NCBI GenBank assembly: GCA_013115145.1
Contig: JAAPAO010000123.1
Location: forward strand, 5,135 to 69,134
Length of the DNA stretch: 64,000 nucleotides
DNA from: Perkinsus chesapeaki ATCC PRA-425
Lineage: Eukaryota > Protista > Perkinsozoa
Reading direction: 5' to 3'
Position 1 is the first letter of the stretch; every line of letters begins with the position of its first letter. Under the pieces are notes generated by a model that was given only the letters and a program-made list of their open reading frames with translations, was not told the DNA's origin and made no database searches. This document shows, in pieces, positions 53,792-64,000 of this stretch. Both the position numbers and the translations under genes were made by a program.

Positions 53792-55122
53792 ATGACGATA
53801 GCACTGCTTCGCATCATTGTGATTACCGCCTGTACCTCTGCCACGTTCCCTAGGAAGGAGCAGGATATTGCTCTGCCTGAAAGTCACCGCACCTTGCTCT
53901 GGCCTACCCTCCTTGAGACGGTCAACTTGTCTGAAGTAATTGGCTCTAAGTTCGCGCCTGCGATCGCAGAAGCTTCGGAAGAAACATATAGGATTTTCCT
54001 GGAAGAACGCCGCCATCGGCTTGAGGGTGAGAAAACTACTGAGAACAATACAGGTGGGTGAACCACCTTGGGTGTGACGATTTACTCTACCTTCCGCCGG
54101 TAGGAACATCACCCGACAACGTATGCATTTATGCTCGCCTTATTCCGGTTTTTGCAAAATGCAAGGTGTGGGAAGTTAGTATTTGTGTTGTCTTAGTTAA
54201 CTCGGGTATTGTTAACGACGACTTCTATCATTGGCAAATGGCCTTGCCGGTTGACAAAAGACCGCTAGAGAAGACTCCTGAGTAACCCCACCCTTTACTT
54301 CGCCACCATCACTGTCGCCCTAGATTTGCTCAGCTAGTAGCTACCATAGATCGCCTAGTGAAACGTTATCTCGAGCATGCAGGGGGCAACCGTGAGGAAA
54401 TCTCGAGAAAGAGGTAACGTCGCCTCCGGTCGCTTCAATGGTTCCGAGGAAGACTTAACTGTCAGATTGAGTATGAGTTACTGGACGGCAGTTCACTTTG
54501 CGAATGAGTACCACAGCCCACACACGCATACTGGGCAGGATTGTGTCGCGGTTTTCTATGCAAAAGTTGCCGAAGGGCCAGGCAATGGGAAACTTGTTTT
54601 GATGGATCCAAGGGGACAAGTTCCACCGTTTGGACGAACAGTCAGCAAATGGCCTATAAAAATGTGAAGGAAACGTTCGAATGTCAGGTATCAATCGATG
54701 TGTATCCAGGACAGCTGGTTATATTTCCGAGCTGGCTCAACCATATGGTTTCACCAACCACGGGATCGAGTGACGCAGGTGAGCAAGTCGTATGAAGTCT
54801 CATCGTGCGCCTCGAATGTGATTTGTAGCTGAAGTGTAGCAGATGTATCTTCTGATTCGAGCTCTTCTTTTGTGGTACTATTAACATTACTGCTTATCTG
54901 TGAATAGGTTCGCAGCGTAGAGTTATGATCGCATTCAACGTCCAAGATTCGCGTTATCCCGGAGACATACCTAGTACCTTGTGGCATAAAGATGTACCCT
55001 CCTCATTACAGGTTCCGTGGATGGTGGAAGAAGGCTCGTCACGAAGATGTAAGTCCTGGTGTTGTCCTTGGAAGTGCCTTCGAGAGCGTGCCACAGGTCA
55101 TACCCCCAGTGACGAGCTGTAA
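53792..55122 (+). CDS. Secreted 2OG-Fe(II) oxygenase, TIGR02466/2OG-FeII_Oxy_5 type (end approximate)
   Basis: Signal peptide MTIALLRIIVITACTSA, LLWPTLL, W...HSPHTH...VFY, LVLMDPRG, PGQLVIFPSWLNHMVSP, RRVMIAFNV. Confidence 0.85.
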
Positions 55123-55969
55123 AGCATTTGGCGGCCTAACATTCTCATGAACCATGCTTCTTGTATAAAGCGCCGTCATAAGAAGTGCAACCCGTTGTTG
55201 TGTTTCATAAAGTATTGAGATTATTTCCGTGACATTCATACCTGATATCACACGTAACAGTGTACACAAGCCGGTGGCACTGGAATGCTAGACAGAAGTA
55301 GGGGAAAGCAAAACATCCACAAAGGCATTATTCCTTTGCATGGTTAATATGTAGCAAGGATGCACGCATATTCACTGTGGACAACCAAACGGTCACAACT
55401 GCCCTGGCGTCACAGAAGAACCTCTCAAACAAATGAAACGACAGAAAGAGTATGCTAGAACTCACAAGTAGCAGGCTTCGAGCCGTCAACGTATACTGCA
55501 CAGCACAGTACTCCACAGTATCATTTCGATCGACGGAGTTATACCACGTAACGAAGATGGAGCCCTCCCGTAAAATGACATGCGTGCTGCCTGGCAGTCC
55601 GAGCTCCTGCTATCGTACCTGGGAGCTTTGCCGCCTCCCTGCTAACCACTACTTAGCCTGCGGTATATAGCCTTTGGGATTGTGTCGCCAGAGGCGGATA
55701 TCGTCTACTGATAGTATCAACTGTTGCATAGACTACGACTCCGGGTCAGTGACACTGACTCTTCCGTCCAAGTGAGATCATATATCCAGGGCCATAATAT
55801 AAATTATTGAATATTTGTACTCCATGGGATGGATTCATCCCAGTGCGATGTGAAAATGAATCATGAGGAGTATTTAGTTACTGGATTCTCGAACGTTTTT
55901 TACTAAACTTCGCTGAGCAGGCCGTGTATGCGTTAATGCTGCTTCATCCTTATTTGCTCCGCCTTTAGA

Positions 55970-58268
55970 ATGAGACTCGCCATACTATTGGGTTTGCTGA
56001 TATGCATAGCCACGGTTCATCCAATCGTAGGCTTGTGCGACGACGACGTGAAGCAGCTGTTCGGTTACTTACCTGGCGGTTCTGATGCCAAGTAGAGCGT
56101 GTTTTGGATTATCGATGCCACCTTCCATGCCTTCAGACTCTTCTACTGGTTTTTCGAATCCCGTCACGATCCTATTGCAAGTCCCACCCTCATCTTTTTC
56201 CAGGGAGGGCCTGGAGGCAGCAGTATGTACTCGCTTACTTCGGGCAACGGGGGACCGTGTATACTCAACCGGCCAGGAAACGGTACATCACTGAATGTGT
56301 AAGTGAATTTGGGGCTACCTCAGCGGACATATCGTTGTATAACATAGTCCAGGTACTCGTATAACACGTTTGCCAATGTGATGTACATCGACCAACCTTC
56401 TCCGACAGGTTTCAGTGAAGGGGGGACTCCAACTGACTCGGTCGAAGCGGCGAAGTCTACGTAAATACTTGCGCTCCTACCGACCAGACATCTCCTGGTT
56501 CAGTTTTCTGGCATTGAGTATTTTCTTCAACAAGTATCCAATATATAATACAGCAGTATTCTACATTGGTCAGTCCTATGCAGGTGGGTTTCGCGAAATA
56601 TAGCTTCTAACTCCGACTTAGCCTGCATTTTGGGCTCATTGGCAGGTCATTTTATTCCGCCCTTGGCCAGCTTTACTTGCGTATATACAGGATTGCATCA
56701 GTACGAAGGACAAGACAATATGCAAGGCCGCGTTAAACGAATACTGGAGGAAGTTCGTGGTACCAGTAGACCGAAAAAGGATCAATACGTACGTGTCACG
56801 TACTACGTGATGAAGCATTCACTTGCACGTGACGAGTACATTCATGCCTCCTGAGATTCATGCTGTGCCCGTGGTTTATCGGATTCGTATGCGCAGGGCG
56901 AATTGTTAATTGTAGGTACGATCTCAGCAAATATTGTACCGAGCCCCCACCTGAATGTGAATACCTAGAGAACGTGAGCTGGGCAATCCATTCGGTATTC
57001 GAAATGATATTGGTTGTACCATACATGTGTACTTTTTGAAGACAGCAAATAGTCAGCGATTCTTCTTTGACGGGTATGGTTGAGTAATTCAACGTGAATT
57101 CCCAAGTCCGCTATCTCTCTACGGTTTTTTGTCCACAAACTGTGAGATACGATTAAAATTCCGTTTATGTCGTGTCGGTGGTGCCTATTGGAAGTCGTCA
57201 TAAGTTTCCTAGATTAAGGTCGATGATTTGACGCACGTACGCGTGCACAAAGAGCTAGTAAATTGAGCCTACTTCCGCCCGAGTATCTCGCTCCACCACT
57301 CATGTGAGCCCCATTGTGGTCCTCTTCAGTACCCCAGGTACTTCAATAGCAAAAAAGTGCAACGTTATCTTGGTGTACACAAGAAGTGGAAGCTCGCTGA
57401 GCCTGAGGTGAAAAGCCCTTACGTTCTTGCACTCCAGTAATAGCTTCATATTCGGAAGCTATCTTGGCGGCCTGGGAGCTACAAACTGGGTATCAGTGGA
57501 TTTATCATTGTGCAGGTGGACGAGGCTTTCAACGTCGACCCATTGATCGACTACAGTGCGGATCTGGCAGCGATCTTGGATGGAGGTCTACGGGTGGGTC
57601 GTTCGCCGTATTCTCTTAAGTGTGACTCAAGTCTTCTACGGCTCTCGCAGAAGTGTCGCGGTAACGAAGCAGTGTCGCTTATGCTATGAACAACGGCTCA
57701 TACGCTTTCATCCGTCTCTCGTATTCTTTAAGCTATATAGGGTATCCCAGAAGTTATAGCCATGGCATGAGTTGAGTAGAAATGATATATTCCTCGTCTA
57801 TCAGGTCATGATCTATGCCGGAGACCAAGACTATATATGCAACTGGATTGGAAATCGCGACGTGTCTCTGGGGATTCAGTGGTCCGGTCACGATGGATTC
57901 TCCAAGGCGAATGATGAGCCTTGCCTTGTAAGAAACATAGTCGCTTACTTGTTCGAACTACGAATCTTTTCGGTGGCTTAAGTATCAGCACTGATTCAGT
58001 ACGGAATGACTCAACTCTAGTGAACCATGTCTCCACAGAATAATCCGATTCTGCTTATGTGCACACGCCAACGATCCTGTTTCAGCTTCCAAATAGGAAA
58101 CAATATGGAGAAATCAGAAGATTCACTTCTACAATCACAGGTGGACAACTCAGCTTTGCTCGGATCTTCAAAGCTGGTCATAATGCTGCCAAGGACTCTC
58201 CAGCAGGGGTGCTTAAGCTTGTCTCAGACTTTGTCATGGGTCGGAGTCTTAGCCAATTCGTGGTCTAA
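55970..58268 (+). pseudogene. Serine carboxypeptidase S10 family gene carrying an apparent internal deletion/frameshift
   Basis: Signal peptide, LFYWFFESRHDP...FQGGPGGSS, YIDQP.PTGFS, GQSYAG|[35 protein letters not shown]. The family is certain; pseudogene status is inferred from the missing INLKG..IGNG segment and a frame break near 56671-56690. Confidence 0.65.
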
Positions 58269-58957
58269 GCCTCAATTTTATTTATATGATGCGTGTATCG
58301 GGGCTGATCTAGTTCGGCCCCGTAGTCCAGACATAGCGTTTGGCACACATCAACGGTTACCGTCTTGTCCTTTAAGGACAGTCCTTGTATCGCAGAAAAG
58401 TATAAGTAGTTGCGTTTTAATCCAGTCTTAAAAGTCCTCGTCTAAACTGAGAGACGCGCCACAGCTATTAGGAGAACAGTGCGACTGTATCAAACGAGAC
58501 TGAAATTCGTTATCCATGCCGCATGGACCATGCGTATTCGATGATCGATTACACATATTCGTGCATGCTCTCAACGAGAGCGTCTTATCATGAGGCTTAC
58601 AGGACGAATCCCGTGCTCCCATTGCTTATGCTACGGTACCAATAAGTAACGGAGGTTTTAGACAGAGCTAGCCTGAATTACTACATGCGGCAAACCGGGT
58701 GGCCGGTGGAAAGAAAAATAGCGATTCTTTCGTGCTATTTTTCTCCCAGAAAGATACGAAAAATACCAAAAATAAGGAATAATAGAGAAAAACAGAAAAA
58801 TCATGCTGAAACAGGATTGGAGTCATTAGTTATGCGCATCATAGAGATGGGGCATGCGATAAGAGTTAAGACAATGCGATAAATTAGTACCAACTTAGAG
58901 TATTCGGCGGCCTAGGCAGATAATTTTTGTTGAGGCATGCCCCCAGACGAGAAAGGA

Positions 58958-59004
58958 GCGGGTTCGATCCTTGCCAACCCTACCAAGGATTCCTTGGTAT
59001 GGTT
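58958..59004 (+). other. tRNA-like T-arm plus 3' acceptor strand with encoded CCA, overlapping a 29-bp imperfect palindrome
   Basis: GCGGG-TTCGATC-CTTGC CAACCCT A CCA, followed by AACCCTACCAAGGA-T-TCCTTGGTATGGTT. No matching 5' half or D-arm was found. Confidence 0.35.
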
Positions 59005-59283
59005 ATATAAAAGCCATCTATTTTTATGGTTCCTTCCCAGCCACATGGATACCAGATCCGTGCCGAGCATGATAAGCGTGTTGCGCTATTTGTAAGAGCC
59101 TTTCTAAGTGCCAGGCATTTTGTTCTCGGAGTGGCTATTTTCCAGTGTCGTTTAGTGTATTTTACTGTCGCGTTTATCGTATGGTATTAATGACATATTT
59201 TCTGCTGTCCATATACTTTCCTAGTTAGCCTCTGAAGTTTGGGATTATCTCCCTATAGGCTGCCAGTGACAACACCGAAGCCG

Positions 59284-59478
59284 AGTGTATAAACCCGTAG
59301 GCTCTTCAGTTATTGCAGAGACACACCTTCACAACTTTCCATTGCGGAAGGATTCCCATCAGGAACCTCGCTCGCCCAGGGACGTATTCGCGCAAAATAC
59401 ACAATGCACAACTAAGCAGGCACAGACTCTCCCTGCACTACGCTTATTTACTCTACACACAACAAGTGGTGCTCCGCA
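59284..59478 (+). repeat. Dispersed ~190-bp element, copy 2
   Basis: Same orientation and shared blocks with 31023-31209; the middle portion is diverged. Confidence 0.92.
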
Positions 59479-60599
59479 AACAAATTCTCCCTCTCATGCT
59501 TGGCGCTAGCAGTAGCAGCGAGCTCAGAAGATGCAGCAGCTTCTTGTATTGCAATAGCCCGTGGCTGCTCGTGTTATGATGCGTGCGAGTTACCCTGACC
59601 CGTTTTATTGGTAGTAATGAAAACTCAAGATCAAGCAGATATGCAGAGCGAAACGTACCAAGCAGATATCAAGAATGATTCAGCGAGGAACATATTTCCT
59701 CCAAGAACAGATTGAATAAATGCCTTGCGTCGTCGTAGTAGTAGTCACTTCTTCGCACTGAACAGCACGGGTACTCACTAGCTTTCACACTAGCTCTCTG
59801 GGCTCCGCGGCGACAATGCAAACTAGGCCTTCTTTTTTCCACCTGCAACATCGTACTAGGGCTAAACGAGTGGTGGTACTAGCAGTACTTGTGATGATTA
59901 TTATTATTATGAAATAGAAGTATCACATTAAGAAACTGAGTAAAATAATACAGATCTCGACTGGTGGTTGACATCTGCATCCGCTTGTCGAGAACAGAAT
60001 TATTTTTACTCTTATTGCATGTAGCAAAGGTGTGTAGAAGCGAGGAGAAGATCAGAGATAGTAGTAGCAACACAACTGGTGATGACTGGCAGTCCAGTGG
60101 CATAGCAACAATGACAGTGATGAGCAGAGCCGAAACTCGAAATTACGTTCAATCATACAGGCACTCATACCAAGTTGCAAATAGAAGACAGAGCGCACAA
60201 ACAACAACTTACTACGACACTACTGTAATAAATATCAAGCCGTGACGATTGTGATGACAATGGTACGCAAGTGTTCGAATATGTTGTTATTTTTCACGAC
60301 GACAATGAACACGTGCAACAGAGACTTATATGGTGTTCAGGAGACGGCCCAAATACTAAGTAGAAAAATGTAGGAGGAGGAGGGGATGAGAAACACTTAA
60401 CGACGATGACACTATGATGATGCACCACCACGAATCGTCATAACTAATGAAGCGTCCCAACAATCGACATTGCGAATTGCAGGGAGTTTCACATTGAACT
60501 AGTCAGAGCCTCATGGATACAAAGCTGAGTTTCCAGCATAGTTCCAACGGCACTTTTAGAATGGTGGTAAATACGATGACATTGGGAAGCGCAATAGAC

Positions 60600-61344
60600 C
60601 TATGCGGGTGATGATGACGATATGTCATAATTGAAGTAGACGACATCATCATCAAACGACACTGATTTAGAAGCTGCTGTGGACGCGGATGAACGACGAC
60701 TGCATGATGAAGCCGCCGCCGGTGAAGAGGAAGATGATGATAACGACGATTGCGTCGCGAGATCTTCATCCACGCATTTGTAAGAATGCTCCTGCTAATG
60801 GAAAACAAAATAACAACAATTTGACAATCTGAAATCTCACCCTTAGATTGTCGTTGGCCGACGATGGACTTGTACATTTCGATGAACTAATGTCATCTGG
60901 TACCCACATTTGTGCTCCCCCAGTTGCTGCTATTGTCTTATCCTCTGTCACATGCCTATTCCCCGTCATTGCGTTAAATATGGCAGTCCAGAGAGACACT
61001 AGTAGAGGGTCTCGAGCATCAAGACCATCGAGCACGGTGAACATCTGTGCCTTCCAAACATCAGCAATCTGACAGCATCACATATCCATCACCGCTAACG
61101 CCTGGCCTACCCTAACAAAAACATCTACTACTACCTCTTCTCTAGTCATGCCGTTCGGATACTGTACGCGGGTATTCGTTGATTCCCGCACCAATCGTCG
61201 CTGCTCATCCTGCTTGGTCCGGCCGTTCGGTGGCTGTGGCGCGGCGGCAGCGGCTGCCTCTTTTGCCGCCGTCAACTGCTGACGCTGCTCCCGACGATGA
61301 CAGCCAACTACATCGCCGTTCGTCTCACACTTCTGACCACTCAT
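60600..61344 (-). CDS. Small hypothetical protein ending in an RVxF-type motif (3 exons)
   Basis: MSGQKCETNG...EEVVVDVFVR | IADVWKAQMFTVLDGLDARDPLLVSLW...DNL | EHSYKCVDED...SKSVSFDDDVVYFNYDISSSSPA*, joined by short GT-AG introns. Confidence 0.58.
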
Positions 61345-61958
61345 GATGATAATATAGTAGGACAATCCTGCCTTGCACAAAATAACACTACAGGAACAGA
61401 ACAAACGCAACTACACTGTTTATTAAGGAGACGATAGTCTTGTGAGAAGGAGAAGCCTCGCAGCAGATACCACCAACAAACAGCAGCAGCAGCAGCTAGT
61501 AGCCCATTTGAGTGATGACCCAATGACAGCAATACGACCAATACAATAGTCCAAAAATATCACCGACATTTTTACAACACTGGGCGGCTGCGGCGGGTAA
61601 TCTAATCCAGCAGCAGCAGTTTGTGGATGGCCTATATAATGCCTTGGCATAAAACGGTGTAAACCTCCTCCTCTATGAGAACCGGTCAGAACGCAATGGA
61701 GGATATACCTCTTATGGCATCATCATCGGCAACTTGTCGTCTCCCCCGATTATTGATGATGATGACAAATCAAGGTAAAATACGAGAGCAACGGGCGAAG
61801 CTATGGCCACGTTGTCACTCGCGATGATGATGATGATGATGATGAAAGTAATAATAACAATCAACGTGCTTGTTGACTTTGACTCTGGCCAAAGTTCAAG
61901 TATAAACAGAGGAATAGAGCTTCAATAATAATGACACTGTAAATGTTACATTCAAGTG

Positions 61959-63806
61959 CTAGCAGGTAGCAGGCAGCACCAGCCTCTCCGCCGCCTTCTG
62001 GCTTTGGGTAGTCAAATCATCAGTGGAGTTTCCAGTAGTAGTCGGTGCCTCTGAACACCTAGCTGACTGCTCCCTACCTCCAGATAAACCATACTTCTTA
62101 TTGGACTCTAAAGGCGACAGCGATGGCAGCTGCTGCTCATTTGCCTCGTCACATGCTGCCACTTCGTCCACCTCGATTGTTGGAGGGAATAAAGAGTCTG
62201 CCGCTCCGGACACACTCCTTATGCGGGACATCTTCCTCCCAATAGTCTGCTCGCTGGCCGGTCGAGCAGCGACAGCAGAGTCCACGATTATGCCCATGGA
62301 ACGGAGCCGTAAATGCTGGGAGTCGGTAGCGTCCCTCTCCAAATTGAGAGCCCGCAAAAATTTTTCATAGTCAATCTCACCATTCTCGTCCACCTCACCG
62401 TCCTGAAAAAAGCTCTCGTTGTCCTCAAAATCTTCGCCCAGAATCTGACGAATGTTCTCGACGGTGAGCTTGCCCGTATCATTGACATCAAATGCTCGGA
62501 ACGTATCCCGCACCAAGTCCTCGTGGAACTTGACCCGATTTAACAGCATCGCGGCGACAAACTCAGAATACTCTATCTCGCCGTCTCTCGACTGATCCAA
62601 AACCTTGAAGATCTGCTCCACTTCCCTGTTGGAGATATCCAGATTCTCCTTCATAACCGCGATCATATCACTCAATTTGATAACGCCTTTTCTCTCCGTA
62701 TCAAGAGCCCAAAACTGAAACTGCAAATCGCGTATCTCATCACTGGTGAGGCTATACGCCATCATACACATCGCCGCCCTCCTAAAATGTGAACACGCCG
62801 CATACCTCCTCATCGACTGGAGTACTTCACTTCCTATTTTATAAGACCCACAGACACGCGACGACCTTCCCACGATCCACGGGTGCTGGAGGGCCTCGGC
62901 GGCGGACATCCTTTCTTGAGGGTCCCGTAATAAAAGTCGTTGTACAAAATCTTTTGCCTCCGGGGAGATGTTCGCCCACTTTTTCTCGGGCATATTATAC
63001 CGACATCCCTCAATACTGACCAGCATGTCCCTCTCAGAACCATGGAAAGGAGGGGAGCCGCTTAGGAGCATATAGACGATAACGCCGAGGGACCACAAAT
63101 CACATTTGTTAGTGTAAGAGCCCTCGAGGACCTCGGGAGCGACATACGCTACACTGCCGCATGACTGATGCATTCGACGAGTAGGATCAATAATTTTACT
63201 AAAGCCAAAGTCTATGAGCTTCAGTGTGGCATCGTCGTCTTTGCTATCATATAAATAGTTTTCCAATTTGATATCTCTATGGACTACATTATGAGCGTGC
63301 AGATACTTGAGCGGTAAAAGCATTTGATAAGTAGTTTCAGCAGCGACAGATTCAGAGAAGTGTTGATCTTCCTTTGATACCAGTCGATGGTACAGCTCCT
63401 TGCCGCGGCAATACTCCATAACTATATGGACGCATTTATCATCCTCATACACCTCATGCAGACGAGCTATATTAGGATGATCCAGACGTAAATAGATGTC
63501 AACCTCACTTTTCAATAAAGCCATTTTACGGCTGCTAACACGCTTCTTCTTGAATGACTTCACGGCGAACTGCTTATTAAGCCTTCGGTTAGTCGCCAAA
63601 CGCACTGGACCATTGTAGCCGCTACCGATAACGCGTGTGTCATCAAAGTCATAGAACTTCTCTATAGGCTCATAACGAATGCGAGAATGCTGTACAATAT
63701 GAGGATGGCTTCGACTGTTCTTGCTTTTAGTGAGAGCATTACGAGTAACTGCGTGCCTGTCACCACTGTTTGGTTGACCCACTAGCGTAGAGCCATTGCA
63801 TCCCAT
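61959..63806 (-). CDS. Calcium-dependent protein kinase (CDPK), intronless, MGC acylation motif
   Basis: Kinase motifs IGSGYNG, FAVK, HRDIKLEN, DFG, APE, DLWSLG, followed by a junction helix and four EF-hand-like loops. Confidence 0.97.
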   Translation of the reverse strand: MGCNGSTLVGQPNSGDRHAVTRNALTKSKNSRSHPHIVQHSRIRYEPIEKFYDFDDTRVIGSGYNGPVRLATNRRLNKQFAVKSFKKKRVSSRKMALLKSEVDIYLRLDHPNIARLHEVYEDDKCVHIVMEYCRGKELYHRLVSKEDQHFSESVAAETTYQMLLPLKYLHAHNVVHRDIKLENYLYDSKDDDATLKLIDFGFSKIIDPTRRMHQSCGSVAYVAPEVLEGSYTNKCDLWSLGVIVYMLLSGSPPFHGSERDMLVSIEGCRYNMPEKKWANISPEAKDFVQRLLLRDPQERMSAAEALQHPWIVGRSSRVCGSYKIGSEVLQSMRRYAACSHFRRAAMCMMAYSLTSDEIRDLQFQFWALDTERKGVIKLSDMIAVMKENLDISNREVEQIFKVLDQSRDGEIEYSEFVAAMLLNRVKFHEDLVRDTFRAFDVNDTGKLTVENIRQILGEDFEDNESFFQDGEVDENGEIDYEKFLRALNLERDATDSQHLRLRSMGIIVDSAVAARPASEQTIGRKMSRIRSVSGAADSLFPPTIEVDEVAACDEANEQQLPSLSPLESNKKYGLSGGREQSARCSEAPTTTGNSTDDLTTQSQKAAERLVLPATC

Positions 63807-64000
63807 TTATTTACAATAACAATGACAATAACCTGACAATTCACAATGCACTCTATAAAATCTACTCCAGATCTGTGACGTCATACACTCCAACCGCGTC
63901 CCCTTACTCGTCCATTTATCCACACCTTGGTGTGAGAGATCTTCACATTATCGATCCCTTGGGCGAGCGCGACATTTCTGCCTTAGAGCGCGTTGCACAC

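Noticed and set aside
56617-56640. TAGCCTGCATTTTGGGCTCA, resembling the spliced leader (CCGTAGCCATYTTGGCTCAAG)
   Set aside because: It needs several insertions to match and lies in an ordinary intron; probably chance. No SL relic was seen upstream of the intronless Mei2-like or CDPK genes.
58428-58622. Cys/His-rich 64-aa minus-strand ORF, possible zinc-knuckle remnant
   Set aside because: There is no canonical CCHC spacing and no adjacent gag/pol sequence.
59500-60590. Short ORFs in microsatellite-rich (CAG/GAT/TAA) DNA, also at 17820-18600
   Set aside because: They have low-complexity UTR/intergenic character, with no splice-consistent chain or domain.

Overview
Gene-dense eukaryotic genomic DNA (about 50% GC, many 35-60 nt GT-AG introns, one 98-N scaffold gap). 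It is most consistent with a Perkinsus-like alveolate; this is inferred from intron style, a Mei2-like RRM gene, a CDPK, an S10 carboxypeptidase and GKGKG tracts. About 23 genes lie in unidirectional blocks: (-) RPN6, AlaRS | (+) hypothetical, PP2C, giant mitochondrial uS5, Mei2-like, ~12-kb giant secreted repeat protein | (-) mitochondrial-type TM protein with acidic VNTR tail, hypothetical, two tandem ABHD12-like hydrolases, NIPA-like transporter, hypothetical | (+) HAS1, SURF2, hypotheticals, DUF4708-like protein, secreted 2OG oxygenase, damaged S10 carboxypeptidase | (-) RVxF protein, CDPK. The most notable observations are four. (1) The same ~190-bp non-coding element sits at both convergent strand-switch junctions. 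(2) There is a ~3,000+ aa secreted modular protein of unknown function. (3) The AlaRS 5' end is laid out like an alternative trans-splicing switch for dual targeting. (4) A PAZ-like DUF4708 protein carries a repeated basic tail. No rRNA, complete tRNA, CRISPR array or intact transposon ORF was recognised. Exon boundaries were read by eye and gene ends are approximate where stated.
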